From the NCBI GenBank assembly GCA_051362555.1, contig CM120646.1, forward strand, positions 22,568,001 through 22,632,000: a stretch of 64,000 nt of DNA, written 5' to 3'. Within the stretch, counting starts at the first letter, position 1. The number at the start of each line of letters is the position of its first letter. The notes below the pieces were generated by a model. That model saw only the letters and a list, made by a program, of their open reading frames with translations, searched no databases and was not told the DNA's origin. Position numbers and translations under genes: made by a program. This DNA is from Lingula anatina. Lineage: Eukaryota; Animalia; Brachiopoda. Below, one piece after another: positions 41,311-56,400 of the stretch.

Positions 41311-42835
41311 CAAATGTCTTTACAGAAATATGTCAATCACTTGTACATCAAAGCAGGACATTAAGAATTCTCTAATTCCTTGTGAAAAGTGACAATCCAT
41401 ATAGCTTGAATTTAATAATATTAAATTTATAACAAAATCAAATAAACGTGCAGCATGCATCCTTATATTATTTCAACCATATTTTCTGTAACACTATCAC
41501 TATTGCACAACACATTTGCATGGCAAATTATAAATTATAATACTAGTAGCTAATGCTAGTAGCTATCCCATTATTATTCCCAATTTACTTTTTACTTCAG
41601 ACACAACATATAACCGGGTGAACCTGGCCAGAGTTCAGTAAAGGAGTGAGGGGGGGGGGGGGGGGGGAGGGAAGAGAATCAGAGTTAAGTGCATTGAAAC
41701 TATGGAAATTATCATCCTCTAACACTTCCAGTAAACAGAAAAGGCATGCTGATTACAGGATATTCTCCTATATACGGTATGTAGAAATCCGGGGTATGGG
41801 GTTAACATATCTGGAGGTGACAGTGTCTGCAATTACTGGAAACGACTCGGCGTGCCTTTCTTGTTTTCATGAAAATGACCGATAAAAACAGGCTGATAAT
41901 GGAGGGTATTTTCCCATACACTGTGACACCCATGGAGCAGGGGAGCAGTTACTGTGCATGGTATCTCTGCACGCCAAACAATGATTTTTTAGGAATTTTT
42001 GAAGGGACAGAACACTGTCTAAATCAGCCTATTACTGTGAATACAAGATCAATATATAAAACAAACTTAAATAGCACCACAAGCACCATCATATCACTCA
42101 ATTGTAGAATAGCACTCTTTACTCTTTTTAAATTCTAAATGAAGTACCCACATTTCTCTACAGACACGTCTACAGCTATCATATTGTACACTGGTAAGTT
42201 TTATATGTTATTCAAATCCCTTTGTGCTTAAACTTGAAAGACTAAATGACACCAAACTTAAAAACAAACACCATGGACATACAAAGATAAGGCAAAAAGT
42301 GAAGTCCTTTAGTTATAATTTCCATTGCATACCTAGTATTGGTTTATAGAATCTAAGTTTATAAAATTGCAAACAGAGAGGCATGATTTTAAATGTTTGC
42401 CTCTTTGTGGCAAACAGTTTCAGGGGTTTGCATGAAAATGTATTGCTGCAAAGTACCTTACTGTTAAGTTTGCAGCAGGATTGCAACAAAATGTTCAGAT
42501 TCTTGCAAAATTGCAATAGACCTTGTTTGCATGGTAACATCCCTCTTGCAAATTTGCAGAAAGCCTTCTAGGGAAGATAATATTCTATAATTACTGATCT
42601 ATTTAGAACTTATTCAATAATTGTTATGGAAATATTGTACAGCAAGTTCATTTCCATTAGACCTTTACCACGAAACCTTCATGCACCTACCGGTAGATTA
42701 CATTTTGCCCAGAGCAAACTTTTTCACAGTTCGTACCCCCGGAATCCCCCCTACCTAACCTACCCTACTCCATTTTCAGAGTTTTGTTTACTACTCTCTT
42801 CTATTTTTCCTTTTGTTTCAAATCAATGTCTGGAC

Positions 42836-44428
42836 TCATATCTTTGTATCTTCAGTCTCTGGCGATATACTGTCATCATTCTGCGCCAATGTAGAATCGC
42901 AGTCATTTTCCTGATCCTCCCTGTCCGATTCTTCCTGATCACTCTTCCCCAACATTGGACTTTTCTGGAAGAACATCTCCAGTTTGCTCAGAGTTGACGG
43001 CAAGCTGTTGTAATGTTCATCAAGTTCCTGCAGTCCTCTCTCCTCCCGCGCCATTATGTCTTCAAATTCTAGTTCAATCTGGCTTGTATTTATCATACAC
43101 TTCTCAATGGCATCATCGTCCAGCGTGTAGGAGCAAACTGACCCCACACTCTCTGTGTCGGACCACTGATCCAAGCTCTGGTTTATCTTGCCAGAATTTG
43201 GCACTGATAAATACGACGATCTGTCATTTGGCTTACTGCCACCATTACTTGTGCCTTTTTTGCTTTGGACAGATATCAGCTCCACTTCTGAACTCCCCGA
43301 GAGAGGATCACTGCAGACGTGAAAGCCCGAATCTGATTGGCTGGTCTGAGTGTCACTTGCAGAGTCAGCACCCGTTTTTGGAGTCACAGTTTCTGAGGCA
43401 CCATTTCTGGCTGCCTCAGGACTGCCAGCTTCCACATGAACTAAAGGGTTCCCGTTGGTGGACTGCACTAGTATTGTAGTCCCCTCTGATAGCTGTCTTT
43501 CTGGAGAATGCCTCCTTGGCAGCTGCCTGAACCTGGTGTCATCTTCCTCATAGCCTGTACCACTGAGATCTGGCTGGATATTGTAGACTTTTTCTGAATC
43601 ATCTGACAATTCACCGTGATTTGAGACTTGAGTTTTCTGTCTTTCAGTTTCCAAAACTAAATTGTCAGTCTGGTTAACGCCTGTTTGAGATATTGCATTT
43701 TGGTCATCGTATTTGGCACTGTGATTTGCACCCTCCGGGTCAGGTGACACAGAGTGGCCGGTATCTTTTGTATGAGACAGAGATGCTGTTTGGTTAGTCT
43801 GATTACTGGCAGGATGAGACGTGCTCACTGACTGGTTAGTTTTTGTCCCAGTGGCATTATCATTTGGAGGGCTAACTCTCTTTGAAACGTCTAGAGGAGC
43901 ACTGCTCCTCCTAGAGTCCTCTTTAAGGTCATCTTTAGGAGGACTAACCCGCTTTAAAAACAGACCAAAAAGACTTATTGACCTCTGCTTCCCATCTATT
44001 TTGGGTTTGGGGATATTTCCAATATCATAGTCTGCCATGCTATTCCTCATAGCATAGAGGTAAGACATTCTTTGCTTCTGACCTCGTCTGAAAGTTGCCA
44101 CCTCTGCGGGTGACTTTTGGGCGGTGTTATTTGAGTTTTTGTTGGAAGTAACAGAAGTGTCTTTCCTACTTCCAGCATCCCTCTCTGGAGAAATGCGTGA
44201 CTGTTTTTGTTCTTCAGCCTGATTAGATTCTGAGTCACAAACATCAGCGTCCCTTGGCTCTTGTTTATCTTCACCTGTATTTCCACCAGAGGGCTCTCTC
44301 CTGCAAGACGTTCCCCTTTTTGTATGAATCTCATTACTGATCTTCTCTAGGTTTGCAAGAGCCTCCTTGTAGATTTCCTTAGCAACCGTGACATCACTCT
44401 CTACCATAGCAACAGCATTCTTCCTCTC
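42836..44428 (-). CDS. SH3BP5-like terminal exon with a long disordered C-terminal tail
   Basis: Open frame of about 530 codons beginning ERKNAVAMVESD..LEKISNEIH. Confidence 0.9.
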   Translation of the reverse strand, partial: ERKNAVAMVESDVTVAKEIYKEALANLEKISNEIHTKRGTSCRREPSGGNTGEDKQEPRDADVCDSESNQAEEQKQSRISPERDAGSRKDTSVTSNKNSNNTAQKSPAEVATFRRGQKQRMSYLYAMRNSMADYDIGNIPKPKIDGKQRSISLFGLFLKRVSPPKDDLKEDSRRSSAPLDVSKRVSPPNDNATGTKTNQSVSTSHPASNQTNQTASLSHTKDTGHSVSPDPEGANHSAKYDDQNAISQTGVNQTDNLVLETERQKTQVSNHGELSDDSEKVYNIQPDLSGTGYEEDDTRFRQLPRRHSPERQLSEGTTILVQSTNGNPLVHVEAGSPEAARNGASETVTPKTGADSASDTQTSQSDSGFHVCSDPLSGSSEVELISVQSKKGTSNGGSKPNDRSSYLSVPNSGKINQSLDQWSDTESVGSVCSYTLDDDAIEKCMINTSQIELEFEDIMAREERGLQELDEHYNSLPSTLSKLEMFFQKSPMLGKSDQEESDREDQENDCDSTLAQNDDSISPETEDTKI

Positions 44429-47400
44429 CTGAAGAGAGATATAAAAATAATTTTATTGATCAGAATTAAATAAAATCAACTAAATTTTTTAGAAAAAGAT
44501 CAAATATTGTCATTCCATTTTGACACCCCATACTCCTGAAAAAACTCAGTTTAGGACAACTCAGTGTCTACAGTAAAAAAAATCTATTTAGGATTTATTT
44601 TTCTCTTTTTATGATTTTATCTGAATTGTTATGAAACAGAGATAAAGCTACAGTACCTCTAACTGGTGGTTCACTTCTGCCTTCATCTCAAAGTACGGCC
44701 TGGAAAGTAACAAATACATATCGTCATTCATTTAAAATCTCATCTAGCAAATACACACCATAAAACTAAAAAAAGTCATAAATTACTCAAGAGAAAACTG
44801 AAAACTCCCACAATATCCAACCAGAGGCAGTGACACATGACACTAATGGTTTATGAATAATTTCACCTTGGTTTTAAGTGTCGCTATAAGTACATATACA
44901 ATTATACAGATTCTATGACATACATTTATACAACATTCAAGAGCAGTGCTAACTGAACAGTCTGAAGAACAAAAGCAACAGTCAAGTTACCAAGTTAACT
45001 ATAAACCAACCACTGCACTTCTGTTGACTTGGGATAGTGATACATATCACAGCTAATAATTACTGCATATATTTTATCAATAATAACTTTCAAAACTGAT
45101 AAATAAACAGAATATACATCACTTTTATTAAAAAGGCCTAGTTAGTAGTAAATCACAAAGACGGTCGACCAATCCACCTCTATCATAATAATCATAAACC
45201 TCCAGTAATGGGGAGAAATATCAGATTTAAAGTGCAATCTCAATGTGATTCTCTTACTCTTCTTTCTTTTAAAGATTCAAAAATTTCCTAACAGCATTCA
45301 AGGCATGAAGTACAGGGACTCTGGGAAGATGGATGGTTGCAAAGTTGACCTAACTTTTTTTCTTTTTTTTTTTTTTTTTGGGGGGGGGGGTCAGAAAAGA
45401 TAATAATGGTAAGTAATACTAAAGGAATAAATTACGTAAAGTTTGTTTTTGTGACACATCTAGGATAACAAAGTAAATAAAGAGAACCCAAAGCCTACTA
45501 TCAATAATTTGGACAAGGCAGGGGAGAAAGAAATGACACAGTATTGGACGAGTAGTGATGGTTTTAATGTCTGCTTTAGAAAATTAACAAAAATATATAT
45601 AAAGCAGAGTAACCAGTGGAGAAGTTCTGGACAGGACTTACCACAGTGTCTTAAAGGTAGACGTATGCAATCACCATGGCTCTATTCCCATAGGTTTTAG
45701 ATCGATCTATCCCCGCGGGGGGGTCTCACTAGATTACTTTCAGGTAATCCGACTTAAATGTCCGTCCCGCCTACTACAAGCTGTAAGGAGGTAATTAACT
45801 TTCGTGTCCGCCCGGCTGACAGCTATTTAGCGTGAACCCCCAGGGAGTTAGGTCGATCTAAAGTAGGTCGATCTAATCTATGGAAATGGGGTGCAAAATA
45901 AGTTGAAGAGCATGAAGACTGCACCAACCATGTATGTCAGAGGAAAATAAATTAAGCCACAGTTTCCACAAGAACTCGAGTCTAAATTCAGGCTCAACTT
46001 TGAGACCATTAAAGGATTACGCGGCCTTCCTTTCATGTAGGTCTGCCATATTTAGGTCTGGGCCTTGCTAGACCTTGGCTCTTCTCAATGTGAATGCTCT
46101 CTTTAAAAGCAATATTTTAGTCAACTACAACAGCCACTAAAATTAAAGCCACAACTTCATAAGTATAAAAGCAAGCCATTGCATATCTTTTTGAAAATAA
46201 GCCTAACTATGTTCTTTTCTGAGTGACATACAACAAACTTATCCCAGCACAGAATTTCGTTTGGTGGCCTAAAGTCAAGACTGAATTTTGACCCAACTTT
46301 TTATGTGAAAGGATTCCTAGCTGTTAGGTGTGGTGTTACATTGATTACTTACATAAGAGTTATATGATGAAGATTGGCTATAGCACTCATTTGAAGCATA
46401 CTTCTCCTAGCTGACAGACTGGGAGAGAAGGAGAAGATTGTCAAATTATTAAGTACTAGTATTTGGACCAATAATGAAAATGACTAAACTTTGTTGTATT
46501 TAAAGTAAAGACAACATGTAAAGTCTACTGTACGTGCATTATTCATATTTCGAGGTAGAATCCTCGAGAACTGCATTTCAAGTCATATCTTTAAAATGGT
46601 TTTTAATAGAAAAGTTTTACTACAAAAATTAACTTTCAGCTTCTAGTGCTTGCCAAGCCAATGTGTTCAGATATTAGATTTTAATTATCACAGAAAATTA
46701 AATACAACATGATGTAAATAATTATAAAGGACCAATGTTAGTTGTGTTAATGAGTCAGAATCTACAGAAATAAGATGTTTTACCCATGCCCTTATTAGGA
46801 ATCACAGCATTTCAATCTACTAAAACAATTTTTTGGGCACCTAAGATATTTTCAATGTAATAACAGTTGTAAACATGGTATGTTCTAGTCATACAATAGT
46901 AATAAATCACAACAATTAATTCTGAAAAAAAAAAAAAAACCTTCGCCTACAAAACAAAGCTGGCATTACAGTACATGTATCAGCTTCTCAAAAGAGAAAT
47001 GTGCTTGAGATCGCCCACAGCCCTGTATTGTATAAGGTCATACAAATCGGTTCTTAATCCATCCATAACATACAACAAACTTTCTGAATGTCTACAAGGT
47101 GTACCAGTAGCTCCAGGCACTCACCTAGACTTATGTATGGCTCTCTTGAACTCCCTGTGTAACTCCTTCACCTGTCTCTCAGCCTCCTCGTACAGCTCCA
47201 TCTTCAACTTGTGAATGATCTCGCACTCCTTCATCTCCTTCTCTGCCTCGTTCTCCTGGAAATATGGCATATTTTATCATCAATAAATTTTATTATTTCT
47301 AATGAAAAGTTTAATTATGTTCCTTTATCTTTATGCAGCTGTACCCTCAGTTAATGGAGGATTTCATACTTCAATTCATTGTGCCCAGTTTTCCTTGAAA

Positions 47401-47451
<51 letters not shown>

Positions 47452-50400
47452 ACAAACAAACAGAAAAACAGACAGACAGACATACAAGTAAGTAAGTAAA
47501 TAAAAAGATGGAAGGATGGATAATGGATAGGTGAATGAATGTAATGCATAAAATCAAAAATATGATCATAAATACTCTCTACTGTCCCACACGTGAAAGA
47601 TATGCACATCTAATCCTGACCCACCTTCATGGTGGCATGGTTGAGCATCTCCTGCCACGCGGTATCAAACTGTTCTCCGCGGTCCATGTACGCTTCCTCT
47701 GCCAGGCAGACCATCTCCTTGGCGGCCGCCTGCGCACTGCACGCCTTCTCATAGCGGAATGCCGCCTCCTGGGACTCACTCTGAGCCTGCAGGAGAAATT
47801 AAATTTTTTCTCAATAATACTTTCAAATATCATACAGTATTTATATACTGGTAAAAGGTGCGCTTCGCAAGTTTTGTTGGCTATTTACCAAGCAAGCAAG
47901 AGCAAGCATGGGAAGTGAGTGCAGCAGAGAATCTCTTGTAAAAGGTGCAGAAATTAAGCACAGAATGTAATCTTGAACATGAAACCAACTATCTGTATGA
48001 CATTATCAAGTATAATATTATACAAAACTTTGGTAAATGGCAGCATGAATGGTTTTTATACTAGCCCTGTGCCTCCCTTTGGACGGAGATTCACCTTGAG
48101 TTAGTATCTAATGGCACACCCTGTAAGATCAACTTAAAGTTCTTTAATTAAGTGATCCCTGGTCCCCCTCACCTCCTTGGCTCTCAGCCTGGCTTCATAA
48201 TATGGTCTGGACCTCTCTATGCAGTGCCCCAGCTTCTTAGCAAGTTCATCCAGCTTGTGTGTGGATTCCTTGAGAGACTGGCGGAATGCATATCTTGCCT
48301 CCTGGGAAAATTATTTAGTGAGTGTGTTATTATCAACAGTATAAAATCAGCGTGTAATCAATGTAAAGTTTCAGTTCTGTTCAATTATTCTGTACTAAAC
48401 TGAAACCTCATTTTTATAGAACAGATCTTGATGAAGAAACTGAATTCAATATTTCATTTTTTTCTTCTAAATTATGCCTATAAAAATATAGCAAGTCAGC
48501 TGTATCAAATCATTTTAATCTTCAATGGTTTATAAAAAATGTAAGATACATTTCCTTTTTATAAGAAAATAAACACATAAATAGGAAGGTATATCAAAAC
48601 ATTCACAAAGCTGTAATTGAAAACCCTGCTTTAATGTACACTTATAGAAATTAAGTGCCACAAAACTTGCAGTTTCCAAAATGGGGGAAAATGCAAAAAT
48701 CAAACTATAGCCATGTATCTAACCAGTATTGCTATGCAGTCCTCATCAATAAATCATGACTTTGCTAATGTCTCAGTAAATGAAGCAAAAATCAAACACT
48801 TTTTATCTCAACGAAACCATAAATATACTCAAAGCATCTGTTTGCACTAAACAGTTCTCTTTCACTGTGGAGTAAAAAATCAATAACAATCTCCCCTCTC
48901 GTTATCTCTTTATAAAAAGCTGCTATGATTAAGCAGCCAAGTGCTGTATAAATCAATAAAACATTTTCCACCACAGGCCACTCATTGCATTTAACGCTTG
49001 AAAGTGCAAGTAAAAAAAATCCAGGAACTATCAATAATTATGGATTACGGATCGGTTCCCTTTCGGTCTGTGATGTATGCATACTAATATATGCTATCCA
49101 TTTGGAGATAAAAGTTACAGGATAAAAAGAGCTGGTAATGGAAAAATGTGATAATGGAAAAATGTAGATTTGCAAAATTTACAAGTCTGGAATGTCTCTA
49201 CTGTTTATCATTACCTGCATGGTCACCTCAGGTGCAGGGTTTTGTAGGGGAGGGGGGAGGTACACCAATAATTGCCTCCTCCAGATCAGCCAGTACTGAC
49301 ACACTCCTATACATAATATTGATCTCCATAACCACTGCTTATTAATAGCTACAATCAATCAATGCTACAACCAGATTTTTGTGGAAGGGGGGGGGATGCC
49401 CCTCACATTGGCCAACTGTGATGCACCTCTCAAAGCATTAAGTATGTACTCAGTATATGCACATTGCTGCATATGTGGTCCAGGACAAGAAACTTTCAAC
49501 TTTTAGGTGATGACATGACCCCTTTCTCCTGTGTCATTCAACAACTTTCTTAATCAAAAGTTGTCATAATGCATAAAATAAACTCTGACAAAATAAACTA
49601 GCTCTTTCTTGAACAATTAAGACATAAAACAGATCCCACTGTACCAGTGTTTATTTATCCCAAGAGCTTACAGTAGCTTTCAGCTTGAAATAGGACTTGA
49701 TAGCAAATTTAAAGCTCTTATTTCCTATGAGATCGATAATTAACTCAAGATCAGTGTCTCTGTGAAGTAATTAGGATATCAATTAATACAATCCTGAACA
49801 GAATACACAGACTTCATCAAAATATCTACATCAATATGGATTGCAGTATCATCTTAATGAACCCTTGATTGCAAACACCTTTGTCTTCATCACGTCTGTT
49901 ATCAGCAAAGTACCATTCATTCTACATATTCCCATCCCCAGTCCTTAATTTCCCATAAAATCAAAATCAAGTCATATTTATCGGATGATGAGTGCAAGTT
50001 ATTTAGATCTTATTAGGAGATCAATCTTCATTCCCATGTCCCCCAAGACTATATACATGTACACTCACTTCATACGTTTCCTAATAGCTTATTATCTTTG
50101 AAACACAGTATTGCCAAACTAGATTATATTCAGAATGTTAAAGTGCACTTATTTTAGGTGTTCTCAATGCTTTGTTTTTAGAGAATTATTTCAGCTTTTT
50201 TCTTTCTTTTTTTTAACATCTGCTCATACCTACATAGCAGTACACTGCTTACAACTAATTCCTCTTACTTTTTGAATAAGTTTTCACTTTTTTGTGGGGG
50301 AGACATTTTGTTGCTTTTTCTTCACTTAATCTGTCAATCTACCAGTGATGTTATGCAACCCCCCCCTCCTGCACAGAATCTACCCATCATTTACACTGCC

Positions 50401-53400
50401 AATGTTTTCATTATATCCATTTCCCAAGCTAAATATTTGATTTAGCTGAGTTGCCTAGAAACATTATTATTTTAGCTGAGAACAAGATACATTTACAAAG
50501 TGACTATCAAAACCTGAACCATGGGGTAGGATTCATAAGATAACTTAGGTGGAAAGATGGTCTCAAGTTAAAGACTGGAAATTCTAGTCTACTTTTGGCC
50601 AAGATAAAGTATTACAGTACATGCACAGTGAACAAATAATAGTCCACCTAGATAAGTCCTATTACATAAACATGGACTCAAGGTTTCTTTATTCAAATAA
50701 AGTGCAAAAAAGCAGACAATAACTTTCAATGCTTTTTAGAAAGTTAAAAACAACTTTCAACTTAGATTCTTCTGTGAAGATGGGATCTGGTTAATTTCAA
50801 CTGATGTGGAGAAAAAACTGGCATATAAAGAAAGGAGACTTGTCAGTGCATTTTTGGCCCTCTGGGTTGCAAAAAGAAGAAAAACAAGGCAGCAAAGCTG
50901 TCAAATGTACAGACAAAAAACAGAAAATAAAGATGCAAAATAGGTCATTTTGTCAATTTTGATGCAATAATAAATAATGCTTATAATAACACAGTCAGTT
51001 AACACTGATTTTTAATCATGCACAACAGGTAACATGGTCAATAACAGGAGCAGATCCAGAGATATTTTCTGACAGTATTCCAAAGTATCTTTGCTGATCC
51101 ATCCTCCACTTTTGATGGTCTTCCAACAGAAAAAAAATTGATACCAGTCAATGTAAACTTTAAAATCTGACCGTCATCTGAAAGACCCAGAAGACGGCCT
51201 CAATCCACCCCTGCAATAAGATTACAGTTTCTGGACCATGAGAGTTCAAATTCATATAATGAAAATCCCAATATTTGAGAAATGTTGACAGTGCATAAAA
51301 AAATATTACATATTGTTTAAAGACATAAAAACCTATGCAACTGCTTATGTGGAAATACAGAAAATCTGAAGAGCTTCAGGTGGATGGAAGTTGAAAATGC
51401 CAGTGTTTAGAAAAAAATTAAAAAGAAAACACAACAAAAAAAAAAAAAAAAAAAAAAAAAAAATTCCAATAAAGCTGCTATTCAAACTTTTAATCTTGCT
51501 GTATTAACATGATATGAATAATCCTAAATAATCCATAAATAATAGTGCTATGCTACATTTCTGTAAGTTTGAGAAGAGTAAGTGACTTGGTTTTCCTTTA
51601 ATGGTCACTATGGAGGCATTGTCTAAAATGGGGTTGTCTTCAATTTTGATGCAACATTACATAATGCTTAACAGCATAATGACCAATTTTTAATAATAAA
51701 ATAAAAGTATCATGGATATTCAGAAAATTTGATATAGAAAGGTCTTCAGGGCCATGGAAGTTCAGAGTCACAACTTCAAAATGCCAAAATGTACATAAGA
51801 GATAACTGTACTGAAATGAATTTCTTTCCACTTTCAACACTTTTTTTACATATATCAAAATAATCAATTTACTGTCGTTTTTAAATGATCAACTAAGAAT
51901 ATTGTTGACATAGGAAAAATATCAATAGAACAATTTTAAATGTCCAATTTGTTCCATTCTGAGATTCTGAACATGGTGAATGATTGAATCTGACAAACTG
52001 TAAAGATATGAGTTTATTTCCATTTTTGACACTTTATTACACAATGCACAATAACAGGTTACCATCATTTTTATATCATCAACTAACAATATTGTTAAGA
52101 TGCAGAAAATGTCAAAAGAACACCTTTACATTACTAATTAGGTCACAAATGAGATTGTTAACATGCCTAAGAATTAAATCCGAGGAAAAAGAGTTATATA
52201 CAAAAAAATACAGAAAATGCACAGCACTTCTGGTGGATGGGAGTTAAAAATCACATCTTGAAGATGCTAGTGTTTGGAAAATTATTTAAAAAAAAATTTA
52301 AATAAAACGTAAAAAATTCCAATAAAGCTGCTATTCAAACTTTTAATCTAGCTGTATTAACTTGATATTAATAACCCCACCAAGTTTGAGAAAAATAAAG
52401 CACTGTTATTCATCTATAGCATGTTGGCATAACACATTTTTTGTTGTAAATTTATTTGCAATGTTAAACACCATTTATCTGCATAATTATCACCAAATCC
52501 TAATTTTGTGACACAGTTAACAGAGCTAAAACTATGGGACTTTACAGGGAAATCTCAACGAGTGTTTTATGTAATCTCATTTAATGGCCAATTGAAAATT
52601 AATTACTAGGCAAGACTTTATAGACCTTAATTTAATTAGGGATCACCCAAGGGACAATTTCATACAGTACCATCATATAGCACAAAGGTGTTATAGGTGT
52701 TGCATACATGCTGAAAAAAGTAAAAAAAAAACAGCATAACTACCCTAAAAATGACCCGATCATGCTGATTTTCAAACTTGACCTGCGTATTATAAATATT
52801 CATTAGTTCTGCAAGTTTCAAGCCAAAAGGTAAAATGGTTTTCCACTTATCATGTTATCAGTGCTGCATATATGCTGAAAAAAGTGAAAAACAGCATAAC
52901 TTCCATAAAAATGACCCGATCATGCTGATTTTCGAACTTGACCTGCGTATTATGAATATTCAGCAGTTCTGTAAGTTTCAAGGCAAAATGTAAAATGGTT
53001 TTCCACTTATCGTGTTATTGGTGCTGCATATATGCTAAAAAAAGTGAAAAAAAACAGCATAACTACCCTAAAAATGACCCAATCATGCTGATTTTCAAAC
53101 TTGACCTGCGTATTATGAATATTCATTAGTTCTGCAAGTTTCAAGCCAAAAGGTAAAATGATTTTTCACTTATCATGTTATCAGTGTTGTATATATATGC
53201 TGAAAAAAGTGAAAAACAGCATAACTTCCATAAAAATGACCCGATCATGCTGATTTTCGAACTTGACCTGCGTATTATGAATATTCAGCAGTTCTGTAAG
53301 TTTCAAGGCAAAATGTAAAATGGTTTTCCACTTATCGTGTTATCGGTGCTGCATACATGCTGAAACAAGACAGCACTGTTCTGCAATGGGTTTACTTTTA

Positions 53401-56400
53401 TTTTTAAAACCCTTTTTTAACATAAAACAAAATAAACAGTTTACTACCATTTGTATATGATCAACTAAGAAAATTGATGAGATGGGAAAAATATCAATAG
53501 AACAGTGTTAAATGTCCAATTTCCTCCATTCTGAGATTCTGAAGATAGTAGATGATTGAATCTGACAAACTGCAATGATATGAGTTTATTTCCATTTTTG
53601 ACACTTTATAAAATAATACACAATAACAAGTTTACCATCATTTTTACATAATCAACTAACAATGTTATAAAGATGCAGGAAATGTCAAACAAACACTTTT
53701 ACATATCTTATTAGTTCAATAATGAGACTGTTAACATGCCTAACAATTGAATCTGAGGAAATGTGAAAAAACAGCATAACTTCTAAAATAATGGCCCGAT
53801 TATGCTGATTTTCACACTCATCCTATGTTTTAGTAAGATTGACCTTTCCTGTTAGTATAATGACAATTTCCACACATCTGTGTCTGTACATAAAAAAAGA
53901 CATTGCAAAAACATAAGTCACATCCATCTGATCATCAAATGTCAGCCATAGCTGTGACAAAAATTTTCAAAAGATGTCAAATCCCAACATCCTTCAAATT
54001 CATCACCAGTTGATGGGCTGTCATTGGTTTGGAACACTAACAGAATATACCTTGATATCTGAGAAAAACATGGCTGCTTAATTTTTTGTGAAAATCAATC
54101 TTTTTTCTACATAAGCAGACAATGTCACTTCATGTACTAGTAATGACAATTTGAATTCAAGGTTATTCTGGATAACAACAACAATAGCAATATCTCTGTG
54201 CAATGCCAAATTGCTATCCTATTTGGTCCTAACTACAATTCAGAAGTAAATGTGGATTATTATTATTATTATTTCAGCTTTATATATGTACAACAGATAA
54301 AAACAGCATGTTTTCTCCATGACGACATCTTTTATGTTATACACCAAAAAGGAGAATCTCCAAATGGTCATGACTATTCCACAGGAAATGATATATATAA
54401 GAAATACCCCACAGCTATCACTATTCAACAGGTGATGAGACAAGAGATAAAACCATACCAATAACACTAGGCTATATAATAATAATCACTGGGTTTTACA
54501 GGCAGCTTAACCTGACAGCAACTTATCACATTCATCAGTTGAAGTTTAAACACATACCTCTAGTTCTATGTCTAATCTGTTGATGTTGTCTGCTGCCTTG
54601 TTGAGTTTTTCAAGTTCAATCTGAAAATAAATAAAGTTTGATAACACACTGGCTATATATAACATATCTAACAGGAAAATATGAATCTCCTACATCAACC
54701 CTTCATTTAGATGATTTGTAGAAGATATTTCTCGAAGTGATTAATAATAATAAATTATAAGAAGAACCACGCAGTGCAAAAAGCTTAAGTATCAATATAG
54801 TAAAAACCCTAATAGGTATAACAGACATTAAATAATTATTTATATCTGTTATGATTTTTATTCTAGATACTAGTATATGTATCAGACATCACATTAATGT
54901 CATGGAAACTGGACAACACCAATGTAGGGCAATCCAAGTGGGACATCTAATGACATGAATTAAATTATATTTTGTATTACAAATTACATTCTGAATACAT
55001 TTCAATAAAGCTGTCTTCCCTTCTGAACCAAGTCCAAATCTGGCAATTAAGAACTAGTACAACCAAACATCCACTGCCACATAACACTTGGTTAATGAGC
55101 AGTTCAATCAACCTGACATTGCATACTAAGTGAAAATTACCAGAGAAACTCTCCATGTAATAGCTTAGTATGCAAATCACTAGACATGGAGTTTGTTCAT
55201 GGACCTAGCCCTCATTAATTACTGTGTACATGTGTCTGTATCCTGGTTCACAGACCAGTTTTATATCTTTGACTTTAATATATACTAAACAGCAGTCAAT
55301 GTGCATCAATATGGATTGTATTCAGTTATTAAAGGCTTTTTGTGAAAAAAAAAATGAATGTAAAAGTACCAGGTGGTCACCAAGAGCTGAGTCTAAATTG
55401 AAAATGACAGCATTCCTTTCTAGTAGCCTTAAACAACTTCTTTTGAAATATGTGTCATTCCACCATTTTTTATCCTCTTTAAACCTTTTTAGCATCTTTG
55501 TAATTGGTTAAAATTAAGAAAAGCAAACCATACTAATTGATTAGTTTATTTTCTCTTCTAACTTTACTGTACTAGCAGTGTAGAAAAGAGTGCACTGTGA
55601 CTCATATAAAGTGACAAATGTACACTACATATTTATTTATATCTATTTTTCATTAGATCTTATTAGTACTCCATTTTATTATTTTGTCTTTGCATAGTGC
55701 AAATTCTTGACATTTTGGACCTGGGACTACAGCCCTGTACATGTCACATTATATTTATTGCTCTATGTCAAAAAACATTACTGCCCTTCTTTAAAACTTC
55801 TCTTGTAAAATATTCCAAAAATTCCTCTTATTTTGTTCAATATAAAGAAAAAAAAGGTCAAAGTTTCACCAGCAACTGTTGGGATGGGCAGTTTTGTCAC
55901 ATGAGTGCACCTTAGACTTCCACCAGATGTTCAATCTAGGGTTGTTTGGAACCTGGCGAATGAAAAATGGGGGTCACTTCTCAGCTGACAGGTCTGAAAA
56001 TAGGGGGTATTTTTTATGACAGTGAATCACAGACCAGTATTCAATAGTGCTCACGAAAGAAAACCGTGTATACTCTCCATGTTTGAAAGTGTATAAATAA
56101 GCATAGTCTTGACTAAAAAATTTCCCTCTGTCTTTCAAAAATAAAATCTGTTGTAACAACACATATTATTGTATTCATTGTACTAGGTGTATTCCAAGTT
56201 ACTGACTCAGGCACATATCACTCTATACACTGCAAGTACAATTTCACTCAATTGACTAAAACAATGCCTCCAATAAAACTATAGATTATGTAATATTTAT
56301 GGTCAAATTGCTTTTTAAATAGAGAAGTGGTAAATCTTGTTTATATTCATTCCAAATAGACTGTGTTAGGATCATATGAAAGCTTTTAAACTAAAACTCA

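Noticed and set aside
42955-43479. 174-aa + strand ORF (and 42626-42997)
   Set aside because: These are antisense to the SH3BP5 terminal exon and 3' UTR and have no recognisable motifs.
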